From Eledone cirrhosa (Eukaryota), in contig OZ024747.1 in assembly GCA_964016885.1 (NCBI GenBank), forward strand, positions 42,036,001 through 42,100,000: a stretch of DNA of 64,000 nt, read 5' to 3'. Positions 40,019 through 55,812 of this stretch are shown here, in pieces (position 1 is the stretch's first letter; each line of letters begins with the position of its first letter). Both the position numbers and the translations under genes were made by a program. Below the pieces are notes generated by a model. That model worked only from the letters and a program-made list of their open reading frames with translations, did no database searches and was not told the origin of the DNA.

Positions 40019-42259
40019 TTAAAAAAACAAAACAAAAACTAATGTACATGGCCAAAATGCAGTTAAATGAGGATTCCACTAGCATCAGTGAAAGCAACCC
40101 ATCTAGAAGGGTGGTAACTGACTGATATAATGTAAAAAGGAATTTTCTATTCTTGGCAGACAATCTTCTTAGTATCGGTGGCACCATAAAATACATCTGA
40201 TCCATTTGGTTAAGTGGTTAGAAATAGGGAGGGCAACCTGCTATAAAAACTATGCTATTCACAGCAACAAAGATTTGGTGTTTTTCTCTTATTTTGTGTA
40301 TCAGATGATGTAAGATGGCATTACATGGTGAAATGCTATAGTGCAACACTATCTATCCAGCATAGAAAAATAGATGTTAACTAATGAAGATATTTCCATA
40401 AATCTGGTTCAAACAAATCTAATGACCCAGTTTGACTTATGTGGCAGTACTAATAAAAACTAATACAAAATATGGAAAGCACAAAAATAACCGTCCTGAC
40501 ACCAAGCCTTTTAGTTGTTTTTTTACGACATGCAGGGATATGGTATACTTATTCTAAACTGGATACATATGGAATAATAATAATTTTAATATCCCCTCAA
40601 TAGCCAGAAGTGTAATTAGTGAAATATGAGACAGCTTTGGTCAATGGTTAGTAAGGAAAACTAACCTGAATTCATGGTCTGAAACAATCAAGTCCTTTCT
40701 CCTTCAGCCTCTTAACAGATAAGTTAGCTAATAATACTTTCTCCCCATTAGAATGGGGGTAAATCTATACTCTGGCTGCCACATGTTCTCTGCTTGCAAC
40801 CTTGTTGCATCGGCCACAAACTTGGGTACTGCCACCTGCACTACAGGAGTGGAAGATAACCAAATGCCAGGACTTGACCAACTGCTTTCTTCTTGTAATG
40901 GTTGACAGTGAAACCTTCAATGTCCTCAGTCCTGGACTGCCATTTTCCTCCACAAAATTCCTGGACTGCCATTTTCCTCCACAAAATTGGGAAGAATGCA
41001 TCCCACCTGAAGAAGGAGCCCCAGTGAGGTGAAATGGAAAGTACATGTTAAATGTAGTATCACTGGCTCTTCTCCACTTTCACCATCTTGTCTGCAAAGT
41101 GTAGCTAAGATATACTGTTTAGACAAAGGTGTACAATTTCTCTTCCTCTTCCACCCCCACTACTTTCATTATTTAACATTTACCCCTTTTCTCCCTTTCT
41201 GCCCCCTCTCCCCTCCTCCCAATACTTTCATTGTATATTTCTGTTCATTCAACCTAGAATTTGCAAATGATACAACAAACTTTAGAAGTTTGTTAAAAGC
41301 TGAATTGTTAAAATCTATAATTATCAAAAAATAAATTAAAATTATAAATACATACACACACACATATATCTCAAACATTACAGATTTTTTTAGCATTTTG
41401 CCTTTTTTATCACCAAACAAACAAACAAACAATATAAGACAATTCTTTTGATACCCACAAACTACCTCAAACTGCTATCATAAAGGCAAGAGCCTTTATG
41501 ATAGCAATATTTATCTAAAAAACACTTCCACCATAATTTTAGTTAAGCTTGATGAGACAGTTATATTATTAAATATAACTAAGTTTTATTTTCAGAATTA
41601 ATAGAAAATCATAGGTAGGGTATCCTTTATTCGGAATAAGGTAATGAAAGGGTTCAAGTGCTTATATTGTTTCCAAAATCAATAAACTATAGTACACTAT
41701 GAAATTGATTTAATTCTGATATTGCATAGACTGTACAGATGTTCCTTAATACTGGTTTAACAACAATTCAATCCAGGTGAAAGATTAGGTAACAGGTATA
41801 GATTATGTGTGTGGTGGTGCACATGTGAAGGACAAGTGTTGTGAGAGAGACATATATGGGGAGGAACATGAGAGAGGTGTAAAAGAGGGGACGTGTGTGT
41901 GAAAGAGACATGTCTGAGGTGGGATGTGTGTGAACCATATATGAGACGGGGACATGTGGATGCATGAAAGGGGATATTGCATGAGGGGGAGGGAAGGTAG
42001 GGTTGAAGAAGAGGTCTGTGAGTGTATGTGTGAGGGGATATTGCATGTGAAAAGAATGTCATATTGAATACATTTTCTATTCTTTAAAATGCTGAAGTTT
42101 AATTTAAATTCTGAATTATATACATTGACAACAAACATGAGATTATCACAATATTCCTATGACATATCAATTTTTATTTGATGCCCCCCCAAAGGATAGG
42201 ACGCACCCATGTTTTTCTTCACTGCCACCTACATTTGATTGCTGGACATTTAGAATTGT

Positions 42260-42610
42260 ACCTATGTATGAACCCATAAATCCTGATGGAATCATAGGGA
42301 CACTGTCATAACAGTATGTCATGACTTGGACATTTTTTTTAAAGTCTAGCTGAGCCCATACTCTCTCCAGGTCTCAATACAGTCGATTTTTTCCAGAGAA
42401 GAAGGAGATTAAGAGAGAGAGGGTGGGTGGGTGAGAATTTACCACAGTACTAGGCTGGTATTTTTTTATATTTTTTTTTTTATTGACATTGAAAAGATGC
42501 AAAGCAAAGTTGACTTTGGCAAGATTTGAACTCAGAGAATGCAGAGCCAGAATCAATATCACAAAGAATTCTATCTGAAATTCTAATGATTGCCAATTTG
42601 TTGCCTATGC
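42260..42610 (-). mobile_element. SINE family B long-tail variant
   Basis: Reverse complement of the 2043-2392 architecture. Confidence 0.65.
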
Positions 42611-44878
42611 ATTTAGAATGAGTTGATAGAAAAATGGGAAAGTGGAAGTAGGGTGGGGGGCACAGAGAAAAAAGAAAAGACAATGAAAAATAAAGAGAAA
42701 GGGAAACATTTGTCACATTAGCTCTTAAGATCCTGTAATAATTTAGTAGAAAATATCTAAAAGTAGGCTTGTTAATAAATTTATACTGAACAGAACTTCA
42801 AAAAATTCATGGTAAACTAAAGTAAAATCTTGATAAAAGAGATGATAACATGGGAAATATTGAGGAGAAAAAGTGATTTAGTCTAAGTTATAATGTAGGG
42901 AGGGTGCTTAGATTCAAGTACTGTGTTATTACAGAGACACATGGGAGGGGGTGAATCTTGAAAAAAACATGCCATTAAAGGACTGCAAATAATCACTTAG
43001 TTGATATATAGAAATAGTTATAGTAATATATATAAAACATTGTCAATAAATAACTTCAAAACAATACTAAAATTCAACGTTTGATATTTGTTATATAATA
43101 TAAATACAATTATAAAAAAGTTAAAATGTAAAGCTATGACAGATTAAAATCTCAACTATGTAAAATTAATAAATAAAAGGATATTTACATTAATTCAAAT
43201 ATTCAAAACTATACAAATATTTAGATTTCAGTATTAAAATATTTGATGAAATTTTGTTTGTGTGTGTGCATCTATATTCCTATCTATTCCTCTTGTTAGC
43301 TTTGGAGCAGGAGAGAGGAGATAAGTTGGAAGTCAGGGGGTGAAGGTGGAAAGTAATTTAGCCATACAGTCATGAAAGGGTTAATAAAGTGTAGTATCCA
43401 CTCAAGAAGATTGGTTTCACTTAAGAAGAAGGCATACAATAACTAATTTGCACATTTTTCAAACAACTCAACATATTTCTTTTATAAATACTTTGACCTC
43501 CATTTCCCTTTCCTGTTTGATGTAAAATATACATAATGTAAAGAAATAAAATAGCTTGTTAAACTGCTGACCTATCTAAAAAAAAAAAGGATTAGTAGAT
43601 GCAAGAGTAAAAGAGAAGAATGTAGGGATATGTTTTAGCACCAACAACAGAGAAAGATTTAAGAAAGAAACAGTAGAGCAATTGAGAGTGATATAGTAAA
43701 CAAATTAATTATAAAATATAAATATTGAAATAAACAATTGTAACAAGCTTATACGGGATAAATGATAGAGGAATATGAAATAGATATTGAAATAAACAAC
43801 TGCAACAGGCTTCCAGTACGAATAATGAAGGAACATGAAATATATAGTATTGATTTCTAATTTAGGCACAAGACTAGTAGGCAAAGTTGATTAAATTAAC
43901 CCCAGTAGTTGATTAGTATTTTACTTTATAGACCCCACAAAAGGATGAAAGGCAAAAGTTTGGTGAAATTTAAACTCAGAACGTAAAGAGCCAGAACAAA
44001 TAATGCAATGGCATTTTATGTGACACTTTAATCATCCTTCAATTCCTCTACAGTGGATCAAAAATATTTCAACCCTTTTCTTTTTCATGCATAGTGTATG
44101 ACTACACATTATCCAAAGGGCTTATCCTTTTCTTAAGACAGTAGGGTGTGATTTGAGGAAGATATTTGACTTCTATTTCTAGCAAGTTGAGCGGCCACTA
44201 TTTGGCTTCAATGTGGATTTAAATTGTTATAGAGCTAGGCTGGTTATTTTTTGTACATAGAAATTGAGTTCTAACAAAGCTTGGTTTGATTTGATGTCAG
44301 TCATTGAAATGACCTACTTGTAATACACTAGGGTCAACTGAAAAAACATTATAATCTCCATGTGTAGCCATTAACAAACAAATCTCTAAAGATTCCAGTA
44401 TAAGTATTTCATTTTAACCTATGTATAAGACATCTTACCATGCGTTAGTTAAATAAAGAATGGCAGTGTTTACTCAAAAAGACCCCCCCCCCCCGCTTGA
44501 CCAACTACTTTTTCATGTTGGTCATTGTCTAGAGCTTTGGTGTCTTTAGATCCTAAACTGTTATTTTCCACTACAAAATTGGAAAGAGTGCATCCTGCCT
44601 GAAGGAGTTCCATGAGATGGAGTAGCTGATGTAGCAGGTGCAGCTGACCTCTCTGTGTCAATGCTTTCGTTATTCTGTCTGCTGGACGCAGATGCAATAT
44701 ACCACCCCAACTAGGGTGTGCAGAATTGCACCACTTTTCCCCTTACATTCATTATTTTTTCTTTTTACAGGACCTGAGAGGCTGGTGGGAAAGAAACGAA
44801 GAAACCATAACAGTTTATCCTTAAATCTGAATACTTTCAATGTGAACACTTAAGGCACCAACTGGTTAATTAGTTTAA

Positions 44879-45971
44879 ACACCACCTACATCTGTCCATT
44901 ACAATACCACCTACATCTGTCCATTATAACACCACCTACATCTGTCCATTACAACACCACCTACATCTGTCCATTACAACACCACCTACATCTGTCCATT
45001 ACAACACCACCTACATCTGTCCATTACAACACCACCTACATCTGTCCATTACAACACCACCTACATCTGTCCATTACAACACCACCTACATCTGTCCATT
45101 ACAACACCACCTACATCTGTCCATTACAACACCACCTACATCTGTCTATTACAACACCACCTACATCTGTCTATTACAACACCACCTACATCTGTCCATT
45201 ACAATACCACCTACATCTGTCCATTACAACACCACCTACATCTGTCCATTACAACACCACCTACATCTGTCCATTACAACACCACCTACATCTGTCCATT
45301 ACAACACCACCTACATCTGTCCATTACAACACCACCTACATCTGTCCATTACAACACCACCTACATCTGTCCATTACAACACCACCTACATCTGTCCATT
45401 ACAACACCACCTACATCTGTCCATTACAACACCACCTACATCTGTCCATTACAACACCACCTACATCTGTCCATTACAACACCACCTACATCTGTCTATT
45501 ACAATACCACATACATCTGTCTATTACAACACCACCTACATCTGTCCATTACAACACCACCTACATCTGTCCATTACAACACCACCTACATCTGTCCATT
45601 ACAACACCACCTACATCTGTCCATTACAACACCACCTACATCTGTCCATTACAACACCACCTACATCTGTCCATTACAACACCACCTACATCTGTCCATT
45701 ACAACACCACCTACATCTGTCTATTACAACACCACCTACATCTGTCCATTACAACACCACCTACATCTGTCCATTACAACACCACCTACATCTGTCCATT
45801 ACAACACCACATACATCTGTCCATTACAACACCACCTACATCTGTCCATTACAATACCACCTACATCTGTCCATTACAATACCACCTACATCTGTCCATT
45901 ACAACACCACCTACATCTGTCCATTACAACACCACCTACATCTGTCCATTACAATACCACCTACATCTGTC
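44879..45971. repeat. 25-bp minisatellite, about 44 units
   Basis: ACCACCTACATCTGTCCATTACAAC repeated with rare substitutions. Confidence 0.97.
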
Positions 45972-46045
45972 GAAAGGTAAAATAAGTATAATAGCTAAAT
46001 AAATTTATGCACAACTTCATATGACCTTTGCTAATATTTACTAAA

Positions 46046-46086
<41 letters not shown>

Positions 46087-46128
46087 CACATACATATACA
46101 TATATACACACACACCCACACACACATA

Positions 46129-46711
46129 CAGGGGTTGGACAAAATAATGGAAACACCTAGCATCATAGCATCATAATTTTGAAATATCTATAAAACCGTC
46201 AAAAGCTTGTTTATTTTTATGTTTTTATGATTTAATATTAGTGTTGCTTAATATGTTTTGTAAAAATTGTTGTTTCTTTTCAGATATCATCAGAAAAAGG
46301 TAATTAAAATTCATTAAAATGACAGATCTATCGGACTTTCAAAGAGGTCAAATTGTTGGTGCTCGTATGGCAGGCGCTAGCGTAACGAAAACAGCCGAAA
46401 TGTTTGGTGTATCAAGAAGTACTGTCTCGAAAGTAATGACAGCCTTTGAGAAAGAGGGAATAACCTCCTCATCGAAACAAAACTCCGGAAGAAAACCAAA
46501 ACTTTCAGATAGGGACCGTCGGACTCTTACACGAATTGTGAGAAAGGATCACAAAAGTACAGCTCCCAAAATTACTGCAGAGCTAATAACCATCTCGAGA
46601 ACCCAGTTTCCACAAAAACTGTTCGCCAGGAGCTGCACAAAGCCGGTCTTACTCCATATTAAAATAAATTTGTTTGAAATTTTAGGGTGTTTCCATTATT
46701 TTGTCCAACCC

Positions 46712-46714
<3 letters not shown>
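46129..46714 (+). mobile_element. Internally deleted Tc1-family transposon
   Basis: Perfect 29-bp TIRs CAGGGGTTGGACAAAATAATGGAAACACC with TA flanks. ORF from 46319 MTDLSDFQRGQIVGAR...SGRKPKLSDRDRR (HTH region), then a frameshift and a jump to the C-terminal TPY*. Confidence 0.95.
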
Positions 46715-46760
<46 letters not shown>

Positions 46761-46865
46761 AACAATACACATATATACATACATATATATACACATACAT
46801 ACACACATACACATATATACCCATATACATACATACACATATATATACACATACATACATATACA

Positions 46866-47162
46866 CATCATCATCATCATCATCATCAACGTTTAACGTC
46901 CGTGTTCCACGCTTGCATGGGTTTGGACGGGGGTAGTCCCACTTGAGGCAAGAGTGATTGTCTTGCTCGCATAGGACTGTCTGGCAGGTTTTCTACAGTT
47001 GGATGCCCTTCCTAACACCAACCACATTTACAGTGTGGGTCTGGGAGGTTTTTACCGTGTTGCCTACACGGCCACATTACAGCGTGGACTGTGTGTTTTT
47101 TTGTCGTGACACCTACACGATCTCATTTGTTTCGGCCTCGATGGCGCGGCACCAACATAACT
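46866..47162 (-). mobile_element. RTE family 2 3' UTR fragment
   Basis: Homologous to 48567-48850; (TGA)n tail. Confidence 0.8.
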
Positions 47163-47314
47163 TTACATACATACACATATATACACATACATACATACAC
47201 ATACATACACATATACATACACATATACATATATATATACACATACATATATACATACACATACATATATACATATATATATACACACATATATATATAT
47301 ATACACATATATAC

Positions 47315-47348
<34 letters not shown>

Positions 47349-47462
47349 ACACATACACATACATATATATACATATATATATACACATACATACATACAT
47401 ATATATATATACACATATATATATACACATACATATATATATACACATACATATATATATAC

Positions 47463-47517
<55 letters not shown>

Positions 47518-47527
47518 CATACATACA

Positions 47528-47964
47528 TATCTATCTATCTAGGGCGGGTAAAATTCCCGAGATCCATGGATGAGTTCTCTCCAGTGGTCTCTGTCCCTCA
47601 TTATTGCTGCCATGTCCTGCGTCTCCAACAGACCAGTGTCTGCCCTTAAGGCATCAACTTACATTAACTTTAGTCTTCCTCTTCCAGTGTGTCCATGTAG
47701 GGGCTCCCACAGGAGCACTGAGTGCAATGTCAACTCTGGATGTCGGTGAGCATGTCCAGCTAACCTCAATCTCTTCTGTGTAACTTTTGAGAGGCTCCCA
47801 TACAGCTCTGAGTTTTTCATCCTAGTGTATACTGATTAATGTTCAGAGCCATCCTCAGCATTCTCGTGTAGCACCCATCCACCATCTGAGTGAGTTTCTT
47901 GGTCAGTGTCCAAGTCTCAGACCCGTACAGCAGCACAGACTCCACTAGTGGAGTCTGTGCTGCT
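47528..47964 (-). mobile_element. RTE LINE, distinct family with (TAGA)n tail, 5'-truncated
   Basis: [15 protein letters not shown]...DGCYTRMLRMAL...RLRLAGHAHRH...DRDHWR. Confidence 0.85.
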
Positions 47965-48521
47965 ATACATATATATACATACATATACATACATCATCAT
48001 CATCATTGTTTAACATCCATATATATATATATATACATACATACATATACATACATATATATACATACACATATATATATACATACACATATATATATAC
48101 ATACACATATATATATACATACATACATATATATATACATACATATATATATACATACATATATATATATACATACATATATATATATATACATACATAT
48201 ATATATATATACATACATATATATATATACATACATATATATATATACATACATATATATATATACATACATATATATATATATATACATACATATATAT
48301 ATATACATACATATATACATATATATATACATATATATATACATATATATATACATATATATATACATATATATACATATATATATACATATATATATAC
48401 ATATATATATACATATATATACATACATACATATATATATATACATACATACATATATATATATATACATACATATATATACATATACATACAAACATAT
48501 ATATATACATATATATATATA

Positions 48522-48555
<34 letters not shown>

Positions 48556-48566
48556 CATACATACAT

Positions 48567-50190
48567 ATCATCATCATCGTTTAACGTCCATCTTCCACGC
48601 TTACATGGGTTTCGACGGGAGTTTTCCCACTTGAGGCAAGATTGGTTATCCTGCTCGTATAGGACTGTCTGGCGGGTTTTCTATGGCTGGATGCCCTTCC
48701 AAACACCAACTACGTTTACAGCTTGGACTGGGAGGTTTTTACCGTGTTACCTACACGGCCACATTACAGCGTGGACTGTGTTTTTTTTGTCGTGACACCT
48801 ACATGACCTCATTTGTTTCAGACTGGATGTTGTGGTACCAACATAACTTCACATTTAAGGGGGTGGGGGTAGTGGGACAGGGGTGTATTTTGTTAGAGGT
48901 GCCTACTGACTAGGTTTCGCTTTGTACTTAGGCATGGCGGGTCTTCTGTATAACTGTGTAGCGCCAAAGATCTCGGTCCAGTGACATTGTCTTGGAGAGG
49001 TGTAAGGTCGGAATTTATCAAGTCGTCCCAGGTTTTTCTGGGTCTGCCTACTCCGTGGCTACCGTCTATTTTTATCGCCCTGCACTTTGTTATACAGCTG
49101 TCGTCTTTCATGCGCATCACATGACCGTACCAACGTAGTCTTCTCTCGAGTAAACAACATCTGATCCCTCTTATTCCTAATTTCTCCCTTAGTTCGTTTA
49201 TGCTTTGCCGTTCACGTATATTACTATTACACATCTAGCGGAACATGCATGCTTCGTTTCTCTCCAGTCTGCGTATATCCTCTGCACACAATGCCCAGGT
49301 CTCACTGCCATGTAACATTGCTGTTCGTACGCAGGCATCATACAGCCTGCCTTTCATTTTTAGAGAGAACCCTTTAGTGGCCAGTAGTGGTATAAGCTCT
49401 CTGAACTTTTTCCATCCCGTTCTGACACTAGCTACTGTACTTTCAGAGCACCCTCCCCCACTGCTGATTTTGCCACCCAGGTAACGGAAGCTGTCCACTA
49501 TTTCTATAGAACCATCTGTGCATATGCAGATATTATTGTCACAGTAGTTCTATTGAGGACAAGTCTTATTTTAATTATTCTGTCGTTCACTCTATTTACG
49601 TCTATTATCTTATCTGCCCACTTTTCTGCTACCATGATTCCTTCTCCACCCAGCCCATTGTCATTTCTCACCCAGAAAAGCTTATAGCATCGTTCTTTAC
49701 CCACCCCTCCACCTGGTCTCTTGAATACAACAAACATCGACCTCCTTACGTTCAAGCATTTCTACAACCTCGTTAGAGCGACCCTTTAAGGTGCCTACAT
49801 TCATGGTACCAACTCTGAAGTTTTGGATTGCGTTTGGAGGGTGGGAGCGGTGGGGCGCAGGGGGGAGATGGGGTTATGTTAGCCATCCGCGGCCGAAACA
49901 AAGAGGAGTCCTTGCATTCTCGTCCGGCAGCATGAGGTGAATTTGTCTTTATCTTTGGCATTGTCACTGAGTGTGCAGATTTTTTCTTTTCAAACTCTCC
50001 AGAATTCCGTAGTCCATCCATCATATCGAAAGGCAACCAGGTAAGTGATAGATTAGGCCGCTGACTTATTATTGGCCCACGTAATAATGGTGGTGCATGG
50101 GGGCGGGTGGGAGGGATATTGGGTAGTTATTGAAAAGGTTAAGGTTTAAATAAGATCCCCGTATTTTGGGCATAATTTAACAAGCATAAA
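48567..50190 (-). mobile_element. RTE family 2 with large internal deletion
   Basis: Probable 5' UTR, then APE N-terminus (VGTMNVGTL, CCIQETRW, IISAYA) joined at ~49505 directly to VDSFRYLG...RRLRWYGHV, 3' UTR and (TGA)n tail. The RT core is missing. Confidence 0.85.
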
Positions 50191-51339
50191 AAATACAAGA
50201 TTTGTTTTGAAAAATACGCTAGAATTATCGAATAGAAAAGCAACAAAGATTGGATTCTGGGAGAAATGATACAGATTGATGAATGGACTAGGGAATTAAA
50301 ATGGTGAGAAGAGTGAAGAAATATTTGTACGTCACATTACACCGTGTTAGCAGCCAACCCTAGCCTGAATAGGGTTGCCGGTTTCTGAGGTTTTGTACTT
50401 GCGAAGGATTTATTTTATATTTGGAGAGAGAGGAAGGGATTGGAGGTGAACCATCATGATATAGAGTGATGGGGCGTGGGGGGTGGGTGAAGATAGGAGG
50501 GAGCAGAGGTTAAGAGTTTAAATAAAGTCCTCGTATTTGGGGCATAATTTAACAAGCATAAAGTATATATATATATACACACATATATATATATATAGAT
50601 ATATACATACACACATATATATATATAGATATATACATACACACACACATATATATATAGATATATACATACACACACACACACATATATATAGATATAT
50701 ACATACACACACACACACATATATATAGATATATACATACACACACACATATATATATAGATATATACATACACACACACATATATATATAGATATATAC
50801 ATACACACACACATATATATATAGATATATACATACACACACATATATATATAGATATATACATACACACACACATATATATATAGATATATACATACAC
50901 ATACACATATATATAGATATATACATACACACACATATATATACATATATACATACACACACACATATATATATACATATATACATACACACACACATAT
51001 ATATATACATATATACATACACACACACATATATATATACATATATACATACACACACACATATATATATACATATATACATACACACACACACATATAT
51101 ATATATACATATATACATACACACACACACATATATATATATACATATATACATACACACATATATATATATATAGATATATACATGAACACATATATAT
51201 ATATACATATATACATACATAAATATATATATATATATTTCGTTTCTGAATTTGTTTAGCAAGATTCTTTATCTGAAAAGGTGTGTTGAAACCGATATTG
51301 TTATACTTTGGGACGGTCATGTTGCCAATAAGCATATGT

Positions 51340-51423
<84 letters not shown>

Positions 51424-51430
51424 ACATATG

Positions 51431-51614
<184 letters not shown>

Positions 51615-53138
51615 CATCTCCTCTTGCCAATCTGTGGCGGAACTCACTGGATGCTGGATATGTGCCAGAAAACCTTCTATCCCAGTCTGTTGTCCCAGTT
51701 TTCAAAAAGGGAAACAAATCCCTTGCCGTGAATTACCGTCCAATCTCACTCACCTCTCATATCATTAAGGTATTTGAGAGAGTGGTGAGATCGCGAATGA
51801 CCCACTTCCTTGAGAGTAACAATATGCTGAACTCCAACCAGCATGGATTCCGTAATGGAAGGGATTGCCTGACGCAGCTACTGCATCACTTTGATGACAT
51901 TTTGAGAGCCTTGGGAGAGGGTTCCAACACTGATGTTATCTACCTTGATTTCAGCAAGGCCTTTGACAGGGTTGATCATAACATTCTACTGAGAAAGCTG
52001 TCCAATATTGGTGTCACTGGAAAGCTGCTGCAGTGGATCAAGAGCTTCCTGTCAAATAGAACCCAACATGTTGTAGTTGGGGGAGTCAAATCCAGCCCAA
52101 CCAAAGTCAGTAGTGGGGTCCCACAAGGCACTGTGTTGGGCCCACTTCTCTTCACCATCTATATTAATGACATCACTGACATCATCAAACACAGCAACAT
52201 TAAAATTTTCGCTGATGATTCCAAGCTCCAAAAGGTCATCAATGGCGTGGATGACCGGATAAGCCTTCAGTCAGACCTACTGGCTGTTACCCAATGGGCG
52301 GAAAAGAACAACATGTTACTGAACGAAGACAAATTCGAACTGATCCACTTTGGAAAAGAGGATGCTCTGAAACTCCCGTACTCCCTTCCCTCCGGGGAAA
52401 CTCTCGTGGCATCTAACAACATCAGAGACTTGAGAGTAACCGTGGACAGCAACATAAGCTGGGCCACGCATATAAGCAGCAAAGTTGACATGGCCCGCAG
52501 AATGTGTTCCTGGATCCTCAGAACCTTCCAGGCGAGAGATTCCGACACCATTATCCTTCTCTTCTCTATTTTTGCCCGACCACACCTTGAATACTGTTGT
52601 CCACTGTGGTCTCCCCACACGAAACAAAGTATCATGAAACTTGAAGCTCCTCAAAGGGCAATCACGAAAAAGATAGATGGCATGTCAGACCTTGACTACT
52701 GGGGTCGACTAGAAAAGCTGAAACTTTACTCACTCCAACGTTGCCGTGAGCGTTATATTATCTGCATGATGTGGAAAATGTTCCATCATCACTGCCCAAA
52801 TGATGTTGGCATCGCCTTCAAGATACACCCAAGGCTTGGGCCCCGTGCTATCCGTCCCATTCAAAAATCTAAATCGCAACTCATAACAACAATACGGCAC
52901 AGGACACGTCAAAACAGAAACTGACCACACAAAATTCTAGAAGTCTTTGGACAAATTCCTCCAAGTAATCCAGGACAAACCACCCACACCCGGATATGTC
53001 TCCGCAAACAGTAATTCTCTTCTCGAATGGGCCATGGTGCCCAAATCCTGAATTGAAAGACTTCGCCAGGTGGTGCTATTAAGTTAGACATGGCCTGGGC
53101 CAATACTGGCCAAAACATTTCAAAGTTATTCAGAGTTA
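51615..53138 (+). mobile_element. CR1-type LINE, 5'-truncated; RT ORF 51662-52924
   Basis: NYRPISLTS, QHGFR, YLDFSKAFD, GVPQGTVLGPLLF, FADDSKL, RPHLEYCCPLWSP. The C-terminus ([15 protein letters not shown]) follows a frameshift. Confidence 0.9.
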
Positions 53139-53175
53139 TATATATATGTATGTATATATATATATGTGTATATAG

Positions 53176-53212
<37 letters not shown>

Positions 53213-53266
53213 GTGTATATAATATATATATATATGTATATATATATATATGTATATATATATGTG

Positions 53267-53328
<62 letters not shown>

Positions 53329-53331
53329 GTG

Positions 53332-53383
<52 letters not shown>

Positions 53384-53417
53384 GTATATATATATATGTG
53401 TATATAATATATATATA

Positions 53418-53640
53418 TTTTATTCTAGTCGATCGACTTTCGTCAAATCGGACCGAGGAAACTATGTTTCCGTTGGTCTTTCCAATTGCTAATACTATCT
53501 ATCGGTCGCAACTCCAGGTAGAAGGAGCAACGTGAAATAAAGTGTCTTGCTCAAGGACATAACGCATCGCCTGGTCCAGGAATCGAACTCACAACCTCAC
53601 GATTGTGAATCCAATACTCTAACCACTCAGCCACACGCCT
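53418..53640 (-). mobile_element. SINE related to family A with a different, A-terminated tail
   Basis: Head TGGCTGAGTGG...GTTCGATTCC and CCTTGAGCAAGACACTTTATTTCAC core, followed by a non-RTE tail ending AATAAAA. Confidence 0.8.
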
Positions 53641-55017
<1,377 letters not shown>

Positions 55018-55578
55018 GGTGGCTGCCAACTCGTTTTCGAGTACGGCCACTACTTTATATCCATGTAGGAGAACCCCTACCGATGCGCTGAACGAGTGTG
55101 ACTTTTTAGTCCAGACAGCAACTTGAAAACTCTGGTACAAACACTACACTTGTGACAATTATTGACACATAGTGCTGGGCCCATGGTACCATGTGACGAC
55201 AAGTGCAGAGAGATCTCCAGATATAAAGCAATGCCTGTGCTGTGAAGCTTTTATAGTGAGCAAAGGCACTGCAGAAAGCCAGTCCCACTCTCTTAACCAA
55301 GATGATATTTGCCAAAAAGAAGAACAAGTCAACATCATTGGATACCATCAGGGTTGCAGGTGTTATATCAGAGTTTTCCTACTCCTAGAATTCTGCCTTG
55401 ACAAAGGCTAAGGGGTCATCTCTCCCGTGATTTTGAATGGCCATGACTTTTATGAGCTCCTTTGCCCTTTGACAGGATTTGTTTTTAGTCCTGCAGGACA
55501 TCCAAAGTCACCCTCCTCACCAAGAAACCTTGGTGGGGTTGCCAGTTTAGTCGCCAACGACCCGACCATGGAACAGGT

Positions 55579-55582
<4 letters not shown>
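55018..55582 (-). mobile_element. Short RTE-derived non-autonomous element, copy 1
   Basis: Minus strand has an RTE 5'-UTR-like CTAGGAGTAGGAAAACTCTGA and a C-terminal C2H2 remnant; highly similar to 57064-57663. Confidence 0.7.
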
Positions 55583-55619
<37 letters not shown>

Positions 55620-55780
55620 ATACATATATATATATATATATACACACATACATACATACATATATATATATACATATATATATATACACATACATACACA
55701 TACATACATACATATATACATACATACGTACATACATATACACATACATACATACATATATATATACATACATACATATA

Positions 55781-55812
<32 letters not shown>

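Noticed and set aside
51662-52924. RT ORF as a domesticated host gene or a bacterial retron/DGR-type system
   Set aside because: Motifs, 5' truncation, frameshifted C-terminus and tail all fit an ordinary CR1-type LINE copy.
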